From Hyaloraphidium curvatum SAG 235-1 (Eukaryota > Fungi > Monoblepharomycota): a DNA stretch of 64,000 nucleotides. The position numbers were made by a program, and so were the translations under genes. The notes below the pieces were generated by a model. The model was not told where the DNA came from and did no database searches. It worked only from the letters and a program-made list of their open reading frames with translations. Positions 38,620-49,875 of the stretch are shown piece after piece; within the stretch, counting starts at the first letter, position 1, and every line of letters starts with the position of its first letter. The stretch is taken from NCBI GenBank assembly GCA_025558095.1, contig JAIVFI010000018.1:434001-498000 (forward strand), given 5' to 3'.

Positions 38620-40312
38620 ATGCGGCTCCGCGTGGCCCTCGAGCACGCTTCCCTCCCTCCGAGGCGGTTCTGGATCCCCGCAGACCCGTCGTCCTCCATC
38701 TCCTCCCTCGCCTCGGAGATTGCAGCCCATGCATCGCTTCCTGTCCCCCCTTCGCTCGAGCTGGACGGCTTCGAGCTGCTCCCAGGGACCCAATGCGGGT
38801 CCATTCTGAAGGAAGGGGATCTTGTCACGTGGGTCTTTTGGATGCGGAGCGTTTGAAGTGAGCTGAGGTTCTGGTTCAGGGCGAAGGAGCGCGAGGATCA
38901 CGAGGCGAGGCCGGCGAAGAAGGCCAAGAGGGACCACGGAGCGGGTGGCGCGTCGGAGAAGGCTCCGAAAGAGGCAGAGACAAAGGCTCTGTCTCCTGCG
39001 GAGCGATTGGACTCGAAAGCGGGTGCAAAGGCGGAAAGGGCTCCGAGCCGTGTGGCGCCGACGGCTGCGGCAGAGCCGGACAGCGATTCGTCCTCGGAGA
39101 GCAGCAGCTCTTCCTCTTCGAGCAGCTCCTCGTCTTCGAGCGACAGCTCGTCTTCTTCGAGCAGTAGCTCCTCGTCGGGCAGCTCCTCGTCATCGGACAG
39201 CAGTTCAAGTTCGGAGTCGTCTTCGGAGGATGAGACCCCGGCCCCCAAGGGCAAAGCCGGCTCTTCGAGCAAACCTCGCCAACGGCATGCTGCTGCCGAA
39301 GGCGGCGCAAACGGTGTCGGTGCCGCAACTGGGAAGTCGGCGGTTCAGAAGAAGCCGGCCGCGAATGGTGCGGCCGCTGCGGCTCGGACACCCAGCTCTC
39401 CCGCGCCGGCAGGGGCCATACCTGCGCGAAAGCACCCGTGGAAGACGACCGCGGCGCCGACGGTGCCTGTCGGTCCCCTACCAGTGCCCTTGTCTCTGGG
39501 CAAGGCGAAGAAGAAGCAGGTGCTCGAGCTGCTCAAGAAAAAGCCCCTGCACCGGAGGTTCGACGACGACGAAGAGGAACACGCAGATGCGGGTCTTGAC
39601 CATGGAAACGGGGCAGCACATCACCACGCGGCTCATCCGCCGCAGGACGACTTCATGGGCCGCCTGAAGATCACCGAAGTCTACCTGTATGACGACTTTG
39701 GGCCCAAATGGACCCGTGGCGGCGGCCGGAGAAAGAGCGGGGGTCGTGGCGGGCGGCAGCGCAATTCGGATACCTACTACTACGATTACGACGCGGCTGC
39801 GGCGGAAGAGGTTGACGGCGAGGCCGAGGTTGAGTACGAGAAGGACGAAGCGGGGCCTGCGAAAGCCCCGCCAGTGGAAAGGGACTATGCGGCGTTGCCG
39901 GCGCTCGTAGGGGTTCCCGGGATTGGGCAGATGATTGCTTACCGGACGTTGGAAATGTCGCCGAACTACCAGCCCGTGATTTCGGCCTACAAGGTTGGTG
40001 GTGCCTCGGGACCATCGGCAGACCTTCCTAACGACATGACATTTGATTTGTTAGGAGGCTGTAGTCAAGGCGTACGACCCATCGTCCGCACAGATCACGC
40101 TGCAGGTGCAACCATACTCGGTTGCGGAGCGACCGACGCTGCCGGAAGAGGACCTTGTGCCGGGGAAGAAGCATGGGGCCGGCAAGTTCGAGTTGCAGAT
40201 CGAAGGCGTGGAGCTACTAGAGCAGTACCTTAAGGAGGTGACGACATCGCTGGACATGCTGCACGAGGTGAAGGTGATACCGGCCGAGGACGGCGCAGAG
40301 GCTGCGGCGTAG
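38620..40312 (+). CDS. Coilin-like protein
   Basis: N-terminal MRLRV...RRFW...ISSL...LELDGFELLP....SILKEGDLV; Ser-rich middle; RG box; C-terminal Tudor-like RDYAALPALVGVP.IGQMIAYRTLEMSPNYQPVISAYKEAVV. Confidence 0.8.
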
Positions 40313-40332
40313 TGGATGTATTGCGATACCGC

Positions 40333-42027
40333 TCAGAACCCTTGGAAACAGTCCTCATAGGCTGCAATGTCCTTCACACTACCTCGCTTGTCCTTTGGGG
40401 GCCGTGTGAGCCGCTCCCACACCTTGCCCTCCACCGCGACGACGGGCTGTTCCAGATGGTCCAGCTCTTCCACGACAGGCACCGCCGCAGGTTTTTCAGC
40501 AGGCGTTTTGGCGATCAGCCGCACCCAGTCAAGGTCCTTTCCTTCCGCGTACTTCGGGGGAAAGGCCTGGCTCGCCCCACCCAGTTTCCCGTCCGGACGC
40601 GGCTCCTGCTTAGCAACTTTGTCCCAAAGTCCGACCATGAAGGTGGCCCTCCGGGCATCCGCGCCCATCTCTGCAGCCATCCGTCCTGGAATGACTCCGT
40701 GCAGGTACCTGGCGTCGAAGAATGCCACCCGGCCGCGCTTGCCGTAGGCAAGCCAGCCCTTGACGTCGTCGAGGTCCTTGGTCGCCAGCGTCTGATCCGT
40801 CATGAGGGTCGGTCCCCCGGGCGCAGGATCAGGCGAAAGAAAGACGATGCACGAAACGACGGGATGACGAGGCGCGTTCGATCCGTGTGCGGTCTCGAGC
40901 GGGGTTATGCCTTCGTTCTCCGAGTCGAAATGGAGCTGGTGTCCGGAGCTGTGCGGCCGCGAATGCGCCCACCACTCAGCCGTCGTCAAAGGCCGAGCGC
41001 CTTGACCCGAGAAAAGGTGAGGGAAGAGCGCAGTGGCGGTCTTTGCAAGGTGCGACACGATGGTCGAAAACATGCGAGACTGCTTCTGCGCTCCATCTGC
41101 CAAACGATCCAACGGTTCGAGGTAGGAAAAGTAGCCCGTGCTGGAGAACGGATTGTAACCATGAGACGTCCAGAAATCAGACTCTCGACCAAAAAGTTTG
41201 CCGAGGAATTCGAGCATGGGCTCGGTAAGGATGCCGTCAAGCACGCGGACGAATCTGCGCGCTTCAGAGTTTGCTCCAGGCTCCACGTGCGGCACCGGCA
41301 ACGGATACTCGAGCACGCCCCTCCCGAGCCGGTATGTGTAGTTCATTCCCCGCAGTAGCTTCCGTGTCTTTGTGCCGTCGGCATCGTCGTAGCCTCCTGC
41401 AAGCACGAGAGCGAGCTTCTGTGCCGCTGCTGTGGCGTGCGACAAAAGCAGTCCCTCATACTGCTCCAGCTCTGCTTCTAGAGCTTCTGGGTCGTCCAAT
41501 TCCGCAAAAGCCCGCTCGACGTCGGACGCATGGGCTCCCGCGGCCAGCTGCCTCCCGAGCTCAACCGCACGCTCCAGGAGGACGATGACCTCGCTCATCT
41601 TGCCTTCAGTGTCGGCAGAAAACAGTTTGATGTGCGCGAGTCGCTCATACGCTGCTATTCCGGTGGGAAAGCATTCCTTGGCATGCTGCAAGAGCGGCAA
41701 GGCCGAAGAATGGTCTTTCCTCGCAGCCAAATCGACGAGGCAGAGATGGAGCAGGAACGCAGGGTTCAGGGTGGGCGAGAGTAGCGTCGACGCAATCTTC
41801 TCGTCCTTCAGCTGCCGCGAGAGAGCTTTGATTGCTTCTTCCAGGGGTTCCTGTGAATCGGAGGTGGCGGCCGAGTGGAAGAGCTCCAACGGCGTCGGCC
41901 CATCCTCGCGCCCCTTGCGGGCAGATTTCGGCCGTCGCGCCGTGGAAATGGCTTCACTAGTTGCCGAAGATGGCGCAGCAGCGAGATCCTCGACGATCCA
42001 TTGCGATGCGGGCCGCTTCCGCTTCAT
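40333..42027 (-). CDS. Helical-repeat plus 2OG-Fe(II) dioxygenase-like protein, intronless
   Basis: EWWAHSRP..GHQLHFDS (HxD), HPVVSCIVFL, GGPT, FDARYLHGV (distal His), RRATFMVGLW (2OG-binding Arg); first ATG at 42027. Confidence 0.7.
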   Translation of the reverse strand: MKRKRPASQWIVEDLAAAPSSATSEAISTARRPKSARKGREDGPTPLELFHSAATSDSQEPLEEAIKALSRQLKDEKIASTLLSPTLNPAFLLHLCLVDLAARKDHSSALPLLQHAKECFPTGIAAYERLAHIKLFSADTEGKMSEVIVLLERAVELGRQLAAGAHASDVERAFAELDDPEALEAELEQYEGLLLSHATAAAQKLALVLAGGYDDADGTKTRKLLRGMNYTYRLGRGVLEYPLPVPHVEPGANSEARRFVRVLDGILTEPMLEFLGKLFGRESDFWTSHGYNPFSSTGYFSYLEPLDRLADGAQKQSRMFSTIVSHLAKTATALFPHLFSGQGARPLTTAEWWAHSRPHSSGHQLHFDSENEGITPLETAHGSNAPRHPVVSCIVFLSPDPAPGGPTLMTDQTLATKDLDDVKGWLAYGKRGRVAFFDARYLHGVIPGRMAAEMGADARRATFMVGLWDKVAKQEPRPDGKLGGASQAFPPKYAEGKDLDWVRLIAKTPAEKPAAVPVVEELDHLEQPVVAVEGKVWERLTRPPKDKRGSVKDIAAYEDCFQGF

Positions 42028-42119
42028 TTTGGAGGCGATTGTTTTGATGTTGAAGGATGAAGCGGCGGCCGGCGCCACTTGCCGCCAATTTTTTTGGCGG
42101 TGGTGTCTCCCAAACAGAT

Positions 42120-43526
42120 ATGGCCAGCGACCGTTCCCCGCTCAGGATCCACGTCATCGGCGGCTCCGTCGCCGGCCTCGCCGGGGCATGCGCTGCCCTG
42201 ACCCACCACCCGAACTGCAAGGTCGTGGTGCACGAGCGGAGCTCCGGCCCGCTCGAGGAACGCGGTGCCGGAATCGGCGGCACCTTCGGCGTGATGCGCA
42301 AGATCACTGGCACGGATCCCCGGAAGCTCGGATTCCGCTACGTGCTGCCGCTAGGGACGATTGCCGAGCGCGACACCAGGCCGCGGAAGCAGGTCCGCAT
42401 GAAGGGCGCCTGGCGGGACACCGGGGACGATCTGATCGCGACGACGACGTACGACAACATAATCAACACGCTGCTCAAGGCCCTGGACGCGTCCGGCGGC
42501 AAGCTGGTCCGGGGCCATGCGCTGGAAGGGATGAAGAAGCTCGAAGACGGAACGACCGAACTGTCCTTTGGGGACGGAAGCAAGGAGATCGCCGATCTGG
42601 TCATCTGCGGCGACGGTGCGCAGTCTCCGTGCCGATCGCTCCTCTACGGCAGCAGGGGGCTCGATGGTACCGTCAGATACAGCGGATACGTTGCATGGCG
42701 CGGCATCCTCACCCCGGACATGGTGGACGATCCCGAGATCCGTTCCGCTTTCATTCCCGAGGACCCGACAGACCGAAAGAAGTTTTGGATGCTGCCCGTG
42801 TTCAACGGCCCGTCTCCCTACGCGATGTACTCGTTGTACTACCCTGTTCCCGCTCGCCACAACGCCCCGGCCTCGGAAGGCACCATGCGGCTCAACTGGG
42901 CCTGGTTCCAGCCCGCCGATCATTCGCAGCTCCGCAGCTTCACCCTGGACCGCAACGGAGTGCAGCACGAGTACAGCCTGGCACCTGGGCAGGTCCGCCA
43001 CGAAGTCGTTGATCAGATGCTGGCCTATGCCAAGGGAAGGCTCGGTGGCGACGGGCTGGTGTTCAAGCTGGCCAAACGGATCGTCGAGTTGGACAAGCTG
43101 TTCATGCAGGCGATCCTGGAGTTTGAGCCGAAGCACATGTCATTCCCTGAGTTCAACGCACTGCTGATCGGCGACGCTGCTGCGGTTGCCACGCCAATGA
43201 CGGGACAGGGCGCCGGGAAAGCCCTGCGCGACGCTGCCGCCCTCGGTGACCTCCTCAAAGCCCACCCGTACGACGTGCGCGCTGTACTGGAGGGCTACGA
43301 GCGGGAGCGTCTCAAGGACGTCCAGGAAATTGTGACCATCGGGATCAAGATGCATTCGAACCACCACTGGATCGCGAAGCACACGGTGTGGGACGCTGGG
43401 GTCTACTCCGGGGAGGTTTGGGGATCGACGGAGGATGAGGAGAGCGCGACGCAGAAGGAAGCGCAGGAGGGGAGACTGGAGATCGGCTACGATTTGCTGG
43501 GGAAGCCGTTCGAGCCGAGGTTGTGA
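42120..43526 (+). CDS. FAD-dependent monooxygenase, 2,6-dihydroxypyridine-3-hydroxylase-like subfamily, intronless
   Basis: VIGGSVAGL, ERS...LEERGAGI, ADLVICGDG..S, YSGYVAWRG, RLNWAW, LIGDAA....PMTGQG.GKA..DA. Confidence 0.85.
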   Translation: MASDRSPLRIHVIGGSVAGLAGACAALTHHPNCKVVVHERSSGPLEERGAGIGGTFGVMRKITGTDPRKLGFRYVLPLGTIAERDTRPRKQVRMKGAWRDTGDDLIATTTYDNIINTLLKALDASGGKLVRGHALEGMKKLEDGTTELSFGDGSKEIADLVICGDGAQSPCRSLLYGSRGLDGTVRYSGYVAWRGILTPDMVDDPEIRSAFIPEDPTDRKKFWMLPVFNGPSPYAMYSLYYPVPARHNAPASEGTMRLNWAWFQPADHSQLRSFTLDRNGVQHEYSLAPGQVRHEVVDQMLAYAKGRLGGDGLVFKLAKRIVELDKLFMQAILEFEPKHMSFPEFNALLIGDAAAVATPMTGQGAGKALRDAAALGDLLKAHPYDVRAVLEGYERERLKDVQEIVTIGIKMHSNHHWIAKHTVWDAGVYSGEVWGSTEDEESATQKEAQEGRLEIGYDLLGKPFEPRL

Positions 43527-43612
43527 TGGGCGGCGGAGCCGCGCGCAAAGCGCGTGCGAGCGAGTAGCTTGGGCCGTTAAAGTCGGACACTTGTGTCGCC
43601 CAGACCGAAGAA

Positions 43613-44510
43613 ATGCCCTCTCCTCCACTTCCTGAGCCTGCATCGACTGCGAAAGCTTCGGCCACGACCTTTACGCGTGCCCTCGTGCGCGATCCGGCGG
43701 AATCCATCGTGGATGGCCTCCGAGCGGTCGACCACGGCGCACCTTCGTTTGAGGCCGTCGTGAAGGAGCACGAATCTTATTGCGCGGCGCTCAAAAAGCT
43801 TGGCGTCCGTGTGGACGTGTTGCCTGCTCTTCCTGCATTTCCTGACAGCGTCTTTGTGGAGGACACGTCCCTCGTATTCCCGGAGGGCGCCATCCTTTTG
43901 CGGCCTGGGCACCCTACGCGCGCGGGCGAGACACCGAAAATCGCGCCGGCCATTCGGGACCGATTCAAGACGGTGCTCGAGATGCGCGGACCCGGGACTG
44001 CCGATGGCGGGGACGTCATGACGCTCGGTGATCGCGTGCTGATTGGTCTTTCGGAGCGCACGAGCGAGGAAGGCGCGAAGGAACTCATCGCTCTGCTGGC
44101 GCAACTGGGACGGAAGGGAGTGGCCGTACGCACTCCGCCCGGGGTGCTGCACTTCAAGAGCGACTCCTCTCCTTTGGGTGACAGCACGGTTCTCTCGACG
44201 GTCCGACTCGCCGCGTCGGGTGTCTTTGAGGGGCTCAAAGTCGTGCTGGTACCGGAAGGAGAAGAAGGCGCGGCGAACTGCCTGATGATCAACGGCACAG
44301 TGCTCATGTGGGTTGCCTGCGATGCTTGATGTACCCGCGTCGAGAACTGACCGCTACTTTGACAGGGCCTCCGGCTTCCCGGGGACGGTCGAGGTGTTGC
44401 GGAAGGAAGGCTACCCCGTTCACGAGTTGGATGTCTCGGAGATCGCGAAGGTCGACGCCGGATTGTCGTGCATGTCGCTACGATGGAGGGAGCCGACGGA
44501 GGCGCGGTAA
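43613..44510 (+). CDS. Dimethylarginine dimethylaminohydrolase (amidinotransferase superfamily), bacterial type; one intron
   Basis: FPDSVFVED, RPG...RAGE, DGGDV, IGLSERT, LHFKS, AANC, KVDAGLSCMSLRW; Asp/His/Cys catalytic positions present. Confidence 0.92.
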
Positions 44511-44673
44511 ACCGCTGATGCACATTCGTAGCTAATTAATGAGATGCTGGATGTCAATCTTGTCCTCGCTTTTGTGTCGGGCAGAGATTCAGTCCAACGC
44601 CGATGGTTATGAATCGACGACGCGAGATCCGGCAACGACTGAAGTTCAGTTCCGGGCAACCATCGCGGGCGCC

Positions 44674-47106
44674 ATGGACCCGGTCGCCTACCTCCGCGCC
44701 CGCGAGACGAAAGTCGTCCACGTCGACTTCCCGGTGCCGCGCTTTCGGGGACTGCCGGTGCCGGCCCCTGCGCGCGGGCCTCCTCTGTCTGCGCCTTGGT
44801 TGGCCGGTCGCCTCGCGCTCGGCTCCGTTCTCGATGGGCACAACGGCTGCGTGAACTGCCTCGCGTGGAATGCCCAAGGTTCGAAGCTGCTCTCCGGCTC
44901 GGACGACCGCCACCTGTGTGTTTGGGCGTACCCGGCGCTCGGACGAGAAGATGACTATGACGAGGATCCGACCGTGGACGCTCACTGGAGGATGAGGAGC
45001 GCAAAGGGGCTGCCGGCAGTGAGGGACACCTACCAGCGCCGGCCACTTGCCAAAGTGAGAACCGGTCATCGGTGCGTGGGTGCCTGGTTGTTCGAAAGGG
45101 CATCAGCTCATCTCTTCCGCCTGCGCCTCAAACATGGAACGGCAGAGCAAACATCTTTGGTGCGGCCATCGAGGACCACGGAAGCATGTGCGGGATGAGC
45201 TGACCCTTTCGTATGCCCGCAGGCTGCAAGTTCATGCCGCAGACGAACGACACCATCTTGGCGTCCTGCGCGGGTGATTCCGAGGTCCGCGTGCACGCGT
45301 TGCGGCCGACGGAATCCAACGACGGGACGCTGCTGCATGTGTTCACGGTGGGTTGGACGTGGCGGTGCGCCTTTCATTCGTCCTTATGCCGTTTCCGCCC
45401 AGTGCCACAGCGACCGAGCCAAACGCCTTGCCGTGCACGCATCGGCACCCTATCTTATCCTCTCGTGCTCCGAAGACGGAACCCTGCGCATGCACGATCT
45501 CCGACTTCCTCATCCTTGCCGCCAACCCACCTCGTTTTCGTCGGCCCTCCCTTCGCCTCCGCGCCCGCGTGACTCTGGCTGTACGCCGCTTGTCGACTAC
45601 TCGCCGTTTGGGATCGACTTCAACACCGCTGCGATCCATCCCGGCCGCCCGAACCTCGTCGCTCTCGGCGGTTCCAGCCCCTCGCTCTTCCTGCACGACC
45701 TCCGCCAACCCGCCAAACCGTTTCTGCGCCTCTCGCCGACCGCTCCGTCCTCCATGGTCCGCGAACCGCGACCGAGCGATCCGTGCGAGAGCGGGCACGT
45801 GACGGCGGCGGCGTGGAGCGCGGACGGGGCGGTGGTGGGGAACTGGAGCGGCGGCTGGGTTTACGGTTTCGAAGGCGTCGACGGGACGGGATGGGGCAGC
45901 GAGTGGGGCTGGGGATTCCTGGGCGCCGCGGGGGGCAAGGGAGGCGAATCCAAGAAGGGCAAGAGGAAGGGCAGGATGTCGGAGGAGAGCGAAAGGAGCA
46001 CCGAGGCGTCGTCGGAAGCGGGGCCGGAAAGGAAGTCTCCAAGGAGGACATCGCCGGATGCGGATCGTCTGCCGACGACTGCACCGGCATCGGATGTCGT
46101 CATGGATGCTGAGCCGATCTGGAAGCCGGATGAGTTGGACCTGGAGCCTACGGTCCAGCCTGTGCTTGCGGATGCAGCGGAAGCGGTGGGCAAGTCGTCG
46201 GACGCCAGCAAAGGGCACCGTGCGCAGCGGAAGCCGGAGCTGAGGTCGGCGGTCGAAAAGGACGAGGAGAGCGAGATCGACGAGGAAGAAGGCTACGTCT
46301 CGGGCTCAGACCCCGTTGATATGGATGACGAGTCTGAGGACGGCAGCGATGCGGGCTCCGAATCGCCTTCTTCTCACTCCGACCACGATCGCCGCCCTCG
46401 TCGCCGCTACGCCGTGCCCTTCCCCGACACCACGCACACCACCACGTACGACCGAGTCTATCGCGGCGCGGCCAACGTGCAGACCGTCAAAGACGTGGCC
46501 TTCCTCGGCCCGGGCCTCGTGGCGTGCGGCAGCGACGACGGGAACCTCTTTCTCTTTCCTCGCGACTCGTCTACCCCCCGCAACGTGCTCCGCGGTGACG
46601 GCAACGTGGTCAACGTCGCGCAGATCCACCCTCACGGCACGGCGATTGCGGTCTCGGGAATCGACCGAACCGTGAAGGTGTTCGAGCCGACGTGGGGCGT
46701 GCCTGTGCGGATGCCGGAAGAGAGGGAAGCAGCGGCGGGTCCCGCCGAGGACGATCCGGGGCCGTGGGGCCTGGGATTCCCCCTGCCGGTGCCGACCAAC
46801 CAGCTTGGTTCGCTCAAGGCGCCCATGCCGTTGGGCGTGCCGTTCACAGGCCCGGAGGACGAGCAGGTCGCGCTGCCCAAGGGATGGTCGATGCTCGAGC
46901 ACCTCCCCGAGATCGAAGCCGCCAACGCGCGCCGTCGGAGGGGAGGGGGAGGGGCCGGGGCGAGAGTGTCGAGGCAGATGCTCCTTGCGCTGCTGGGCAG
47001 GCTGAGGGAGAGGACGGGAGGGGACGTTGGGATCGGGATCTTGGGTGACGAGGAAGAGGAAGAGGAGGACGAGGAGGGGGAGGAGGAGAACTGCTACGTT
47101 CAATGA
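44674..47106 (+). CDS. WD40 DCAF-type protein (DCAF6/DCAF8/WDTC1-like)
   Basis: LDGHNGCVNCLAWN..G..LLSGSDD; GHRANIFGCKFMP via 14-nt micro-exon 45146-45159; LSCSEDGTLR.HDLR; YRGAANVQTVKDVAF; ACGSDDG; VSGIDRTVKVFEP. Confidence 0.88.
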
Positions 47107-47236
47107 TTGATACCTCTTTTTGTTCGCACTTTGATGGATACATTCTGTTCTCATCGATTCAGTGATGGGTTGACTCGGCGCACAGCTTTCGTGAGACCCG
47201 ACAACCTCCAACTCACGCCCTCGAAGCACCGAAACA

Positions 47237-48298
47237 ATGGACTACCAGATAAAGACCGGTCTCCGACCCGCTTCTTCTTTCGATCCCTCGACCGCGAAAC
47301 CCGTGGAAGCGGAGCGCCCGCTGTGGGCGGCCATGAACACATCCGGCTTCGCGCGGTTCGTCAACGATGCGATGCGGGACCTCGCCGTCGAGGTGAAGTC
47401 GGCCGCGGCTCTCAAGCTGCGGACGAACAAGGATGCCCCTGCCACGGAGGCCAACATCTCCGCCGTGCGGAGGTCGGCCCAGGCCTTCTACGCTTACGTG
47501 TCGCTCACGGACTTCATAGAGCGACCGAAAGGGTTCGCCGAGCTCGTCGGACCGTTCTTCCCGCCCGGTGTCGCATTGCCTAAGATGCGTCCTACCGAGG
47601 AAGTTACGGTGGCTGTCGATCGAGAGGTCTTTCGCGGATCCTTCGAGAGCATTCGCACCATCATCGTCGCCCGACCTGGAACTCCCAGCTTGATGGTCGG
47701 AACGACGGCTGTCTCCGCAATTGGCATCATTTCACGCAGCGCCGAGCTGCTTCCCATTGCGCACCGTCTGGCACAGGACACCGAGTTCGTGGCCGCCGTC
47801 TGCACGTCGGCAGCTCAGGTCCTCGGGCACCTCCTTGACAAGCCGCACCCGGGGTTGCCAAGCTCCGACCCCAAAAAAGACCTCTGGCTCGCCGCACAGC
47901 AGGCCGAAGATTTGATCCTCGATTCTTCGTCGTTCGTGACGCTCATTGCGGCCGCAAGCGACAGGATATGGAAGCCAGGTAGCGATGTCGCCACGGCTCT
48001 TGCCGATCTGGGCAAAGCCATGCTTCCCTGGAACGAGAGGTATGGACTGGGTACCGGTCCGCTCAAGGATGTTCGGGACCTTCTCGCAATGCTGGAGAAG
48101 GGAGGAAGGCCGCCGAGCAAGCTTAAGAAGTTCATTCATACGTCTCTTGACTTCTGCGACAACTGCTCCCAGATGGTCGCGAAGACCATGCGCTGCTCCG
48201 CGTGCAAATTTGCCCGCTACTGCAGCGTCGAGTGCCAGCGATCGGCATGGAAGGAGGGCCACAAGGGCAAGTGCGGAAAGAAGAGTTACCAGACGTAG
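47237..48298 (+). CDS. C-terminal MYND zinc-finger protein, intronless
   Basis: CDNC...CSACKFARYCSVECQRSAWKEGHKGKC. Confidence 0.85.
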   Translation: MDYQIKTGLRPASSFDPSTAKPVEAERPLWAAMNTSGFARFVNDAMRDLAVEVKSAAALKLRTNKDAPATEANISAVRRSAQAFYAYVSLTDFIERPKGFAELVGPFFPPGVALPKMRPTEEVTVAVDREVFRGSFESIRTIIVARPGTPSLMVGTTAVSAIGIISRSAELLPIAHRLAQDTEFVAAVCTSAAQVLGHLLDKPHPGLPSSDPKKDLWLAAQQAEDLILDSSSFVTLIAAASDRIWKPGSDVATALADLGKAMLPWNERYGLGTGPLKDVRDLLAMLEKGGRPPSKLKKFIHTSLDFCDNCSQMVAKTMRCSACKFARYCSVECQRSAWKEGHKGKCGKKSYQT

Positions 48299-48336
48299 CG
48301 GTTCCGAGCCTCTCTTTGTCGTGAATCCATCTTGCC

Positions 48337-49442
48337 CTAGAGGCAGAACCACCTCTCGAGTGCCTCCGCCTGCCTTCTCCTCCATCTTGTGCCCGCCCTC
48401 TTCACCACCAGCGGCATCCCCTTCCCCCCCTCCCCGCCCTCGCTCGCCGTCCACGATCCCGGCGCCCATTCCGTCCTCCTCGCCCCCGCTCCGACGACGA
48501 CCTCAAGCCTCCCCCCCCGCGGGAACTCGAACGCGAACCGGTCCTCCCAGTCCGGGAAGAAGCACCTGAACCCCTTGTCCACGCGCCACTCGACCCCCGC
48601 GGCCGGCAGCCGCGCGCAGGACCCGCAGCGCGGCTTGTGCGCGCCGAAGTCGCCCGCGGTCGGGCTGGGCGGCAAGGTGGGGAGGGAGCACCGCGTCGTA
48701 GGAAGGCGCTGGTGGAAGACGCGGCCCGAGGGGAGGAGCCGGAAGGCGTGCACGGTGGTGGTGGTGCGGGGGCGCGAAGGAATGGGGATGGGATGCAGGT
48801 ACGTGCCAGCCAGCGTGTCCGAGAGGTCTTCAAGGGGGTCGGCGTCGTCCGATAGGGGATCGTGGATCGTCTGGCGGGATATCAGGGGGTCAGACGAGCG
48901 ATACGGAATCGAGAGCTGTTCCATGGATGATTTCCGAAGTCTGCCAACCCTCTGCAGCGCTGTTTGCCCGATTCAGCGCTCGGCCTCGGGAGCAATGGGC
49001 TCGAGATAAGGAGCCTGTCCCCCAGCGCCGGGCTGCCTCCGCCGGCCCGGAGATCCCCGGTCGCGGCCTCCATTCCTCTTGTTTCGCTCAGATCATCCCG
49101 TTTCGCGCCATTCCGGCGCCGCAAACGCGTCGTCCAGCTCCGGAGTTCCCAGATCCCCCGGGGCCGCGAACGCACCTCGTGCCGCACAAACGCCCTGCCG
49201 TCGTCCAGCCAGCCAAAGTCCAGCAGATCGCCCCAGCCGACGTCGCGCTCGAGCCGCACCTCGGCGTCGATCTCGGCGGCGTGCTCTCTGAGCCAGCGCG
49301 CGCCGAAGCCGCGGTTGCACTTCAGCTGCGCGCGGAGGCCGCGCGAGCACGCGGAGAGCGCGAGCAGCGCAGGCAGCGGCAGCCGCAGCGCGAGCAGCAG
49401 GAGGACGTCGGAGGGCAGCGCAGGCAGCGTTGCGCGCGACAT
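48337..49442 (-). CDS. Hypothetical F-box-like protein (probably two exons; junction uncertain)
   Basis: N-terminal LPALPSDVLLLLALRLPLPALLALSACSRGLR; an overlapping downstream ORF (48337-48924) is likely joined by an intron. Confidence 0.45.
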
Positions 49443-49520
49443 GGCGGGGACCGGGGGGCAGATTCGGGTCATGCGACCTCGACCCACAGAGCGGCGCTTG
49501 TCTGCCCTCAACACAATCCA

Positions 49521-49552
49521 GGTTTGTAACCCTCCGTGCATCCACAGATTCC
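49521..49552 (+). promoter_or_regulatory. Upstream element of 5S copy 1 (TATA-like box near -30 and GCAYCCACA)
   Basis: GGTTTGTAA...GCATCCACA aligns position-for-position with GGTATATGA...GCACCCACA upstream of copy 2. Confidence 0.45.
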
Positions 49553-49670
49553 AGATACGGCCATATCTACCAGAAAGCACCAGTTCTCGTCAGACCACTG
49601 AAGTTAAGCTGGTATGAGCCACGTCAGTACTGTGGTGGGAGACCACACGGGAATACGTGGTGCTGTATCT
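49553..49670 (+). rRNA. 5S rRNA, dispersed copy 1
   Basis: AGATACGGCCATATCTACCAGAAAGCACC...GTTAAGCTGGTA...AGTACTGTGGTGGGAGACCACACGGGAATAC.TGGTGCTGTATCT; closely resembles yeast 5S; terminal stem AGATAC/GTATCT; followed by a T-run terminator. Confidence 0.97.
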
Positions 49671-49875
49671 TTTCCCTCCTTTTGCCCCACGCATCCGGCA
49701 TCCAGTTTCATTGAGCAATCTTCCGAAGTTGATATTTTGGCTCGGAGTCGAGTTCAGTGTAGGGTGAGCAGCGCCGCGCAACAACTGTGCGATTGATCGA
49801 CGGGCTGTGCCATTGCGTCGCGTCTCCCGCCCGCATCGTCCAATCCTGCGCGATTCCATCGACTTCTCCTCAACG

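Noticed and set aside
39087-39230. TCN/AGC-rich simple repeat
   Set aside because: Encodes the poly-Ser tract of the coilin-like protein and is not an independent element
40333-44510. Bacterial contamination as the source of the bacterial-like genes
   Set aside because: They are interleaved with clear eukaryotic genes at similar composition, and the DDAH, DHH, C1 and WGR genes carry typical short spliceosomal introns
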